From: a virus
DNA length: 42,071 bases
Virus record (IMG/VR): IMGVR_UViG_3300008807_000162
Span: 1 to 42,071 of that record
Direction: 5' to 3' (one strand)
Part shown: positions 31,375 to 37,788 of the stretch, piece after piece
Layout: each line of letters starts with the position of its first letter
Position numbering within the stretch: the first letter of the stretch is position 1
The notes under the pieces: model-generated
The model's input: only the letters and a program-made list of their open reading frames with translations
What the model was told of the DNA's origin: nothing
The model's database searches: none
Made by a program: the position numbers and the translations under genes

Positions 31375-31880
31375 GTAGCTGGGAAGCTCTTGGCCGTTCT
31401 GACGAGTGGTACACGCCGAAGTACATCTTCGATGCGCTGGGGTGTCGGTTCGATCTGGATGTAGCGGCGCCGGAGGGCGGCGGCCCCCATGTGCCTGCCG
31501 ATTGGTGGCTCTTCGCCAATGGCCTCGAGCATCAATGGCATGGCTTCGTCTGGATGAACCCACCATTTGGCGGTCGCAACGGCCTCGTGCCGTGGCTCGA
31601 CAAGTTCTTTCAGCACGGAAACGGGATCGCCCTCGTTCCAGACCGGACCAGCGCACCATGGTTTCAGGATGCTGCGGATAAGGCAAATGCGCTGCTGTTC
31701 CTGTCGCCCAAGGTGAAATTCGAGCGGCCTGATGGCTCAGTCGGCCGTTCTCCCGGCTGCGGGACTGCGTTGCTTTCCGCCGGCGCCCGAGGCCGCGCGT
31801 CGCTTCTGCGGGCTACGGCGCTGGGCTTCATTGCCCTGCCCAACAAAGTCGGCAAGTTCGATCAGGAGGAGGCTGCATAG
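31371..31880 (+). CDS. Phage-type DNA N6-adenine methyltransferase (Dam family)
   Basis: Met37 of ORF 31263..31880, giving 169 aa. DEWYTPKYIFDALG..FDLDVAAP...GFVWMNPPFG...ALVPDRTSAPWF. Confidence 0.85.
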   Translation: MSSWEALGRSDEWYTPKYIFDALGCRFDLDVAAPEGGGPHVPADWWLFANGLEHQWHGFVWMNPPFGGRNGLVPWLDKFFQHGNGIALVPDRTSAPWFQDAADKANALLFLSPKVKFERPDGSVGRSPGCGTALLSAGARGRASLLRATALGFIALPNKVGKFDQEEAA

Positions 31881-32174
31881 ATGGCCCAGCCGCAGCGCCG
31901 CGCCGAGTTCTTTGTCCGCCCCGATGGTGTATGCATCCCCAAGGCGCCGCCCCTGAAGGAGCGCGAGCGGTACGAGTATTTCAATGCCAGCGACAAGGTT
32001 TGCGCGCTTTGTGGCGTTCAGGTCGCACGGCTAGGGGTGAATGTCTGCCCGTTCATGAAAGAGCGCCATGGGCAGATCGACCACATCTTGGCTCGCTCTC
32101 GCGGCGGCCAGAACGATAATTCAAACCTGCGTCTGCTCTGCGTGTCCTGCAACGCGAGCAAGGGGGCGAAGTAG
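31881..32174 (+). CDS. HNH endonuclease
   Basis: 97 aa. CALCGV...GQIDHILARSRGGQNDNSNLRLLCVSCNASKG. Confidence 0.85.
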   Translation: MAQPQRRAEFFVRPDGVCIPKAPPLKERERYEYFNASDKVCALCGVQVARLGVNVCPFMKERHGQIDHILARSRGGQNDNSNLRLLCVSCNASKGAK

Positions 32175-32176
32175 CC

Positions 32177-32734
32177 ATGGCCGAGATGCCCTTCTTCCCG
32201 CTCGCTACGGACGCTTTTCTGGCCGACACGGACCATTTGAGCGACGCGGAGGTGGGCAGGTACGTCCGGCTGCTCATTGCCCTCTGGCGGGCTCCGCAGC
32301 AGCGTTTGCCGAACGACGATGCGTGGCTTGCACGGAAGTTCAAACGGAGCGCAGAGGAGATCGTTGCCGACTTCCGTCCGCTGATCGTCGAGTTCTGCCA
32401 GTGCGACGGAAACTGGATCACGCAGAAGAGAATTTCCAAGGAGTATAAGCGTGCGACGAAGGCGGTTAATCAGCGACGCGATGCCGCTAACGCACGGTGG
32501 TTAAAGGAAAAAGAGAAAAGCGAGCGCAATGCGGCCTCGTATGGCTCCCGCAATGCACCCACACTCATACCCACACCTATACAATCTTCTTCATCAGATA
32601 TCAGTACTGATCCCGCGAGCAGCGCTGCGCTACGCCGAAACGGCTCCGCGCCGCTCGCGAAGCCCCCCAGCATGAAAGAGCGCATGGCCATTCTGGCGGA
32701 CGCCAGCCGACGCAAGGCCATGGGTAACGCATGA
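32177..32734 (+). CDS. DUF1376 (YdaU-like) protein
   Basis: 185 aa. FFPLATDAFLADTDHLSDAEVGRYVRLLIALW...LPNDDAWLAR fits DUF1376, which is common in prophage replication modules. Confidence 0.7.
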   Translation: MAEMPFFPLATDAFLADTDHLSDAEVGRYVRLLIALWRAPQQRLPNDDAWLARKFKRSAEEIVADFRPLIVEFCQCDGNWITQKRISKEYKRATKAVNQRRDAANARWLKEKEKSERNAASYGSRNAPTLIPTPIQSSSSDISTDPASSAALRRNGSAPLAKPPSMKERMAILADASRRKAMGNA

Positions 32735-32770
32735 AGCGCATCCCAACCGACAACTGACGAGGAGGGAGAG

Positions 32771-32983
32771 ATGGTCGACGAATCGAGTGCGAGTCGGATC
32801 GCCGCCGCTTTGGAGCGCTTGGCAAAGGCCGTCGAGGGGTTCGTCCAGGCATTGAGTAAGGCGCCCGCCCATGAGGGCTTGGATCCCAATACCTGCGAAG
32901 TCTGCAGGATCAACTTCGGCAGCGGTCCCGTCGGCTACTACTGCCCTAGACAGCACTGCCCAAAGCGAGGTGTGGCGGCATGA
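32771..32983 (+). CDS. Hypothetical protein
   Basis: 70 aa. GGAGGGAGAG upstream. Confidence 0.6.
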   Translation: MVDESSASRIAAALERLAKAVEGFVQALSKAPAHEGLDPNTCEVCRINFGSGPVGYYCPRQHCPKRGVAA

Positions 32984-33034
32984 CAGCACGTGACGCTCAC
33001 CGCGAGGGCGAAGCCGAACCAAGGAGTCCAAGGC

Positions 33035-33358
33035 ATGGATGAGCTGATAGAGCACGGCGCCCGACAAATGTTCGAGGCATGGGTGAAGCGGATCGACCCA
33101 GCCAGAACCCAACTGGAGGAGGAAGAGTCCGTCTGGGAAAGCCAAGACGATCAGTGCAAGACCTTGTGGCGCACTGACTTTCTCTCCGCCCTCCGCGCCA
33201 TTGAAGCCAGCGGCAAGTACAGGGTGGTGCCTGTGTGGCCCACTGACGAGTGGCTAGGAATCCATCCGTTAATGGACGCCATTGTCGCGCAGACATACCG
33301 CGATTCATGGAAGGCGTGGCTAGACCGCCTCGCCGCATCACCGAAGGTGCCGACATGA
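33035..33358 (+). CDS. Hypothetical protein
   Basis: Met16 of ORF 32990..33358. AAGGAG upstream. 107 aa. Confidence 0.6.
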   Translation: MDELIEHGARQMFEAWVKRIDPARTQLEEEESVWESQDDQCKTLWRTDFLSALRAIEASGKYRVVPVWPTDEWLGIHPLMDAIVAQTYRDSWKAWLDRLAASPKVPT

Positions 33359-33558
33359 GTGAAGATGACGTCGAAATCTCCGTAACGGAGGCTGGCGGCT
33401 ATCGCGAACGACACTGTGCTGAATGCAATGGCCGCCTTGAGGCCCACATCGACTACCTGACGGACCGCTACCGCGTGACGCTGCCGTCCCGGTGCCCAAC
33501 CAAGGACGCCTGCGAGGAATCCATGGTCGGATCGCAGATCGTGAGGCACCGCCCATGA
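33355..33558 (+). CDS. Hypothetical Cys-containing protein
   Basis: ATGA overlap, 67 aa. CAECNG...C...C. Confidence 0.55.
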   Translation: MSEDDVEISVTEAGGYRERHCAECNGRLEAHIDYLTDRYRVTLPSRCPTKDACEESMVGSQIVRHRP

Positions 33559-33570
33559 CCGCCCCGATGA

Positions 33571-33795
33571 TTACCGCGGCAACTCCCGCAGCAGGGCCTT
33601 CAGCAGGTCTATCCGCTCGTGGATATCGGAGCGCAGTTCGGCGGCGAGTTCCGGCGGTGGCGGCGGGTTCCCGGCATCCCAATACCGGATCATCCGGCCC
33701 GATTTCCCGCGCTTACGGGCCATCTCGGTCTGCCAGCGCGGCCCGTACATCGCCTCTCCGATGCGGCGAAGGAGGGCGGGGGGTAGGTCAGTCAT
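33571..33795 (-). CDS. Small HTH-like protein, last gene of the minus-strand cassette (candidate autoregulator)
   Basis: Met51 of ORF 33571..33945, giving 74 aa. WQTEMARKRGKSGRMIRYWDAGNPPPP resembles Cro/antitoxin-type HTH proteins. Confidence 0.55.
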   Translation of the reverse strand: MTDLPPALLRRIGEAMYGPRWQTEMARKRGKSGRMIRYWDAGNPPPPPELAAELRSDIHERIDLLKALLRELPR

Positions 33796-33955
33796 CCCGA
33801 GTAAGGTCCGATGGATCAGGGGCGTTCTCTTCGTCGTGGTGGGCGCACCAATCCGGGTCGTTCGGATCCCGCCATTCGCGAGACTTGCGGCGCAGTTCCT
33901 CGGCCCGGCGGGCCGCGTCGCCCTTGGGGACGTCACCGCGAGCAATCGACGTCAT
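33788..33955 (-). CDS. Small hypothetical protein (55 aa), middle gene of the cassette
   Basis: Not in the ORF track. ATG 33955 lies 1 nt after the upstream TAA. 8-nt overlap with the next gene. Translates as MTSIARGDVPKGDAARRAEELRRKSREWRDPNDPDWCAHHDEENAPDPSDLTRDD. Confidence 0.5.
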   Translation of the reverse strand: MTSIARGDVPKGDAARRAEELRRKSREWRDPNDPDWCAHHDEENAPDPSDLTRDD

Positions 33956-33956
33956 G

Positions 33957-34424
33957 TTATCCCTCCATCGTGCCGGTTTGGATCAGGCTGGCCAGAATAG
34001 CGACAGACTGGGGCGACGCCATGGTCTCGAATGCCTCGGACGAGAGGACGAACGTCACGTCGTCGCGGGCGTGCAGGCTGCGAATGGCCGGAGATGTGAC
34101 CGTCAATTCGCCGGCGCCTTCGCTGATCTGCACGCCGATCCGCTTCGCCGGGTCGACGCCCATCGAACCGGCGTTGAAGGCGGAATGGTTGGAGACGCGC
34201 AGGTCCTCACCCGCCGGCCCCACCGCGTAGAGCGACCACTTGGACCCGCCCTGCGAACGATACCCGAGGGCGGCGACGAGCGCCTCCATGACCTCGCGCA
34301 CAACCTGCTTCTCTCGCTTATCCGTGTCCGAAGCATGGAGATCGGCAGAGGGGGCGTCTCCTACCGGCCATTCGACCGAAGCGTAACCGTAGGTGTCGAC
34401 CAGCATTTTTGGCTCCATGTTCAT
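33957..34424 (-). CDS. Hypothetical 155-aa protein, first gene of the cassette (start at 34424, 34418 or 34406)
   Basis: Clean ORF with an ordinary composition. No family recognised. A promoter and operator lie immediately upstream. Confidence 0.65.
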   Translation of the reverse strand: MNMEPKMLVDTYGYASVEWPVGDAPSADLHASDTDKREKQVVREVMEALVAALGYRSQGGSKWSLYAVGPAGEDLRVSNHSAFNAGSMGVDPAKRIGVQISEGAGELTVTSPAIRSLHARDDVTFVLSSEAFETMASPQSVAILASLIQTGTMEG

Positions 34425-34459
34425 TTCCTAAATATAGGAAATGTTCACAAGAAGATCAA
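34422..34459 (-). promoter_or_regulatory. Near-consensus sigma70 promoter overlapped by a perfect 9-4-9 palindromic operator
   Basis: Minus sense: TTGATC (34459-34454), 17-nt spacer, TATATT (34436-34431). Palindrome CATTTCCTA-aata-TAGGAAATG at 34422-34443. The predicted start site is at about ATG 34424. Confidence 0.65.
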
Positions 34460-34501
34460 CAGCAGTCGGCGCAACTTTCTTGCGAATTTCAGGAGGCTCC
34501 C

Positions 34502-34849
34502 ATGACCACCCCCGCTTCCCCTAGGGGTGAGGATAGCGTGCTGACGCCTCGCTCTGTCGATGCCCGTTCATTCAAAATCGACGGCACGCCATGGCCTCGG
34601 CCGGGCGATCTGATGCTGTTCACGAATGCTGGCGGCTACGATCACGAGCAGAAGGAAGCCGCCGGGCTGTTCTCGGAATGGACGCTCTACCGCGTCAAGG
34701 ACATCCGCATCGGCAGCTATGACCACCGGATCGAGTTCAAGCACCTGCCGGGCCGCTGGTTCAACGGCGTGATGTTCCAACTGATTGTGGAGCTGCCTGA
34801 TCCACGAGGCGTCAGCGAACACACCCCCACTGAGGGAGACAGGACATGA
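34502..34849 (+). CDS. Hypothetical protein, bracketed by inverted element copies e and i
   Basis: Met32 of ORF 34409..34849. AGGAGG upstream. 115 aa. Confidence 0.65.
   Translation: MTTPASPRGEDSVLTPRSVDARSFKIDGTPWPRPGDLMLFTNAGGYDHEQKEAAGLFSEWTLYRVKDIRIGSYDHRIEFKHLPGRWFNGVMFQLIVELPDPRGVSEHTPTEGDRT
34540..34551 (+). repeat. Dispersed element copy e: GCTGACGCCTCG
   Basis: Context GGGGTGAGGATAGCGTGCTGACGCCTCG, 38 nt inside ORF 34502..34849. Confidence 0.8.
34805..34816 (-). repeat. Dispersed element copy i (GCTGACGCCTCG on the minus strand)
   Basis: Plus strand reads CGAGGCGTCAGCGAACACACCCCCACTGAGGGAGACAGGACATG, so the long form sits upstream of ATG 34846. Confidence 0.8.
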
Positions 34850-35082
34850 GCGGAGAGAACGAAGCCCTGAAGCCCTGTCGCTCATACATGCGTGAGCGGT
34901 CCTTCTGCCGGGATGGCTTTATGCAGTGGTCCAATACGTGTTGGGGAGCGCCAAACGGCAACATACCGATGTGCTGCAAGGAGGACGATTGCGCGCATCA
35001 CTTTGCGCAAACTGGCGGCAAGCCACCTGATCATTTGATCGTCGCAGCCCTTCCCACCGACACGAAAGGCGGCGGGACATGA
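34846..35082 (+). CDS. Hypothetical Cys-rich protein
   Basis: 78 aa, ATGA overlap. Confidence 0.6.
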   Translation: MSGENEALKPCRSYMRERSFCRDGFMQWSNTCWGAPNGNIPMCCKEDDCAHHFAQTGGKPPDHLIVAALPTDTKGGGT

Positions 35083-35270
35083 GCCTCACCTGTGAAGAGC
35101 AGATGGCGATCATGCGTCACGTCGAGGAGGACGTGAAACTGGGTCGCCGCTGCCAATCCTGCCTTCGCTGGAGGGATCGGCCGACGCTGGACGTCGATTG
35201 CGATGCCTGCCGAGCGGAAGACGCCGAATGGCTTTCACCACTCCCCGATATGCGAGGCGACCTGACATGA
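35079..35270 (+). CDS. Hypothetical Cys-rich protein
   Basis: 63 aa, ATGA overlap. CQSC...CDAC. Confidence 0.6.
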   Translation: MSLTCEEQMAIMRHVEEDVKLGRRCQSCLRWRDRPTLDVDCDACRAEDAEWLSPLPDMRGDLT

Positions 35271-35440
35271 CCGACGACGACGCCGTTCCATGGACCTCAA
35301 TGGAGGAGGCGTGGCTGACGCCTCAGAACACGCGCCAGCAAGACAGGCTCGCCGCCATGGACAGGGGTTACCGAATCGCATTCGAGCGCGACATTCTCCC
35401 CCATATCCCGCAGCCCCAATGCACGTGGACATTCTCATGA
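35267..35440 (+). CDS. Small hypothetical protein (57 aa)
   Basis: Met24 of ORF 35198..35440. ATGA overlaps on both sides. Confidence 0.5.
   Translation: MTDDDAVPWTSMEEAWLTPQNTRQQDRLAAMDRGYRIAFERDILPHIPQPQCTWTFS
35314..35325 (+). repeat. Dispersed element copy f: GCTGACGCCTCA
   Basis: Context GGAGGAGGCGTGGCTGACGCCTCA inside ORF 35267..35440. Confidence 0.7.
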
Positions 35441-35676
35441 ACACCATCGGCCGCTTCTTCGAGAACAAGGAAAAGCGCTACCCGGCCGCGCCGGACTGGT
35501 CAGGCAAGATCACCATCACTGAGCCGTTCCTGAAGTCGCTCGGTGATGCCTACCGCGCGTGGGTTGCCGCCGGCCGGCCCGAGCCCTTCGAGATGGTCAT
35601 CGAGGGCCGGTGGAAGCGCAACGAAAACCTCTCGTGGCTCAATCTCACGGTCATCCCGCCGAAGGTGCAGCCATGA
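35437..35676 (+). CDS. Hypothetical protein
   Basis: Met50 of ORF 35290..35676. 79 aa, ATGA overlaps. Confidence 0.55.
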   Translation: MNTIGRFFENKEKRYPAAPDWSGKITITEPFLKSLGDAYRAWVAAGRPEPFEMVIEGRWKRNENLSWLNLTVIPPKVQP

Positions 35677-35873
35677 GCAAGCCCTTCTGGGAGGCGCGTG
35701 GGGCCAACCTCGTCTGCGACGGCCGCACGATGGTCTATCTGATGCGCGTGCAGCGTCTACCGCTACCTGACGCGAAGAAGCTGTGCGCGAGGATCGCCGC
35801 CGCGCTTAACGAGGCGGAAGGTCGCGTTGCAGTACGAGATGGGTGCGAAGCGCAGCGGAGCGAACACAAATGA
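35673..35873 (+). CDS. Hypothetical protein
   Basis: Met39 of ORF 35559..35873. 66 aa, ATGA overlaps. Confidence 0.55.
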   Translation: MSKPFWEARGANLVCDGRTMVYLMRVQRLPLPDAKKLCARIAAALNEAEGRVAVRDGCEAQRSEHK

Positions 35874-36106
35874 ACGGCCATAAGTGGACCCCCTCACACA
35901 CCGAGACCCTCATCAGGATGAACGCGGTCGGCTGCACAGACCGGGATATCGCCAAAGCCATGGGCAGAACGGTGCAGGTCATCCAGCGTCGCCGGGCCGA
36001 CTTGGGCCTGCCCCCGAGCCACGAAGTCAGGTACGGCACCTGGGGCGAGCTTCCCCGCTGCGCCGCCAAGCGCATCGAGACGCTTCGCGGTAGGGTGGCC
36101 GCATGA
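35870..36106 (+). CDS. GcrA-like / Myb-SANT-like HTH protein, candidate late-gene regulator
   Basis: 78 aa from MNGHKWT. WTPSHTETLIRMNAVGCTDRDIAKAMGRTVQVIQRRRADLGLPP parallels the GcrA N-terminal domain pattern W-T..... L....G.....IA..LG.T......R...LGL. It is the last gene before the late operon. Confidence 0.45.
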   Translation: MNGHKWTPSHTETLIRMNAVGCTDRDIAKAMGRTVQVIQRRRADLGLPPSHEVRYGTWGELPRCAAKRIETLRGRVAA

Positions 36107-36161
36107 AGCGCGAAAAGCCTTGACTTCCTAAGTTGTAACTGGAGCACATGAACAACCGTTA

Positions 36162-36175
36162 AACCTCAAGAGGTT
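36162..36175 (+). promoter_or_regulatory. 6-2-6 palindrome AACCTC-aa-GAGGTT covering the SD of the small terminase gene
   Basis: Read directly. GAGG (36170-36173) lies 8 nt before TTG 36182. Sits in an A/T-richer 75-nt gap at the early/late boundary. Confidence 0.4.
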
Positions 36176-36181
36176 AGCGGT

Positions 36182-36448
36182 TTGCCTAAGGCCCCTCGCG
36201 GTCCGTACATCGATAAGCCTTTCCGAGACGCATTGCGGCTTGCCGTGAAGCGGACGGGCGATGCTGACGTGAAGGGCAAGACCAAGCTCGACAAGATTGC
36301 GATTGCGCTCGTTGGCCAAGCCATTCTTGGCGATGTCCCGGCCATCAAAGAGATTGGCGACCGTCTGGACGGCAAGGTTGCTCAGGCGCTTGAGCACAAG
36401 GGACATGATGGCGGCGCGCTGGTGGTGACATGGCAGCCGCCGTCGTAA
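36182..36448 (+). CDS. Putative terminase small subunit
   Basis: 88 aa, TTG start. Immediately upstream of and overlapping terL. ALVGQAILGDVPAIKEIGDRLDGKVAQ resembles motifs seen in small terminase-like proteins. Confidence 0.5.
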   Translation: MPKAPRGPYIDKPFRDALRLAVKRTGDADVKGKTKLDKIAIALVGQAILGDVPAIKEIGDRLDGKVAQALEHKGHDGGALVVTWQPPS

Positions 36449-37788
36449 TTCCGTACAGCCCCCGATTGGCGTTCATGCCGTATCACGAGACGGCCAAGCG
36501 CTGGCGCGTAATCGTAGCCCACCGGCGTGCTGGCAAGACCGTAGCGACGATCAACAACCTGATCCGGTCGGCCCTGACGTGCCCGCTCCCCGAGCCCCGC
36601 ACGGCCTACATCGCGCCGCTCTACAAGCAGGCCAAGGATGTGGCGTGGTCCTACCTGAAGCGCTTCGCCCTGGTGATCCCCGGCGCCGAGCCCAACGAAT
36701 CGGAACTGCGCGTCGACCTCCCCAACGGAGGCCGTGTTCGTCTTTACGGCGCCGACAACCCCGATGGCATGCGCGGGATCTATCTGGACGACTGCGTGCT
36801 CGACGAGGCGGCCGACATGCGCCCCCGCGTGCTGCCTGAGATCATCCGGCCGGCCCTGTCGGATCGCAAGGGTCGCCTGACGGCCATCGGCACGCCGCGC
36901 GGCCACAACGACTTCTACGACCTCTGGCAGACCTCGCAGAGCAATCCTGAGGACTGGTACGGCGTCATGCTCCGGGCCAGCGAGACGGGGCTCGTGGACG
37001 ATGAGGAGCTTCGCTCGGCCCGTCAAATGATGACGCCCGAGCAGTACGAGCAGGAGTATGAGTGCAGCTTTGAGGCGGCTATCCACGGCGCCTATTGGGG
37101 CCGTGAGATGGCGGCAGCCGAGGCCACCGGCCGTGTGTGCGAGGTGGGCGTCGATCCCGAGCAGCCCGTCTGGACGGCATGGGACATTGGCGTAAAGGAC
37201 GCGACCGCGATCTGGTTCTATCAGCCCCTCGCGGGCGGCCTGAACGTCGTGGACTACTACGAGGCATCGGGCGTCGGCGTGGACCACTACCACGACGTGC
37301 TGCGCTCCAAGGCGCAGGAGGGCGGCTACAAGATCGGCCACTGCCTGGTGCCTCATGACGCGAAGGTCAAAGAGTGGGGCTCCGGCCGCACGCGCATTGA
37401 GCAGATGCTGGGGCTGGGGCTGAGCCCGTGGGTCGTGCCGGACCACCGCGTTATGGACGGCATCAACGCCGCCCGTCTGACCATCCCGGCCGCCCGCTTC
37501 GACCGCGCCAAGTGCGCTGACGGCATCGAGGCCCTGAAGCAGTACCGCGCCGAGTTCGACGAAGAGCGCAAGGTGCTGAAGCCGACGCCGTTACATGACT
37601 GGACGAGCCATGGCGCCGATGCCTTCCGCTACCTGTCGATGGGCTGGCAGGTTGCGCGGCAGGAGCTTCCGACGCCTTCCAAGACCGATTTCTACATCGG
37701 CACGGCCGAGGGGACGATTCAGTCCAATCTCTCCATCAAAGAGATGATCGACCGGCAGGCCAAGCGCCGGAAGGAGCGGGGGCTGTGA
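36430..37788 (+). CDS. terL: Terminase large subunit
   Basis: 452 aa. Walker A AHRRAGKT, Walker B YLDDCVLDEAAD, C-terminal nuclease-type region. Start could alternatively be Met16 (36475). Confidence 0.9.
   Translation: MAAAVVIPYSPRLAFMPYHETAKRWRVIVAHRRAGKTVATINNLIRSALTCPLPEPRTAYIAPLYKQAKDVAWSYLKRFALVIPGAEPNESELRVDLPNGGRVRLYGADNPDGMRGIYLDDCVLDEAADMRPRVLPEIIRPALSDRKGRLTAIGTPRGHNDFYDLWQTSQSNPEDWYGVMLRASETGLVDDEELRSARQMMTPEQYEQEYECSFEAAIHGAYWGREMAAAEATGRVCEVGVDPEQPVWTAWDIGVKDATAIWFYQPLAGGLNVVDYYEASGVGVDHYHDVLRSKAQEGGYKIGHCLVPHDAKVKEWGSGRTRIEQMLGLGLSPWVVPDHRVMDGINAARLTIPAARFDRAKCADGIEALKQYRAEFDEERKVLKPTPLHDWTSHGADAFRYLSMGWQVARQELPTPSKTDFYIGTAEGTIQSNLSIKEMIDRQAKRRKERGL

Noticed and set aside
34416-34450. 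Alphaproteobacterial LexA box (GTTC-N7-GTTC) at the cassette operator
   Set aside because: Two GTTC tetramers are present (ATGTTCA twice), but they are 22 nt apart, not 7. The dominant symmetry is the 9-4-9 palindrome, so a dedicated regulator is more likely than LexA.
36382-37446. 354-aa minus-strand ORF opposite the large terminase (and similar long shadows at 6057-7058, 8759-9910, 20412-21419, 40871-41779, 583-1560)
   Set aside because: All are Arg/Ala/Gly/Pro-rich. They overlap genes with clear motifs or strong GC3 bias on the other strand or frame. They are high-GC shadow ORFs.
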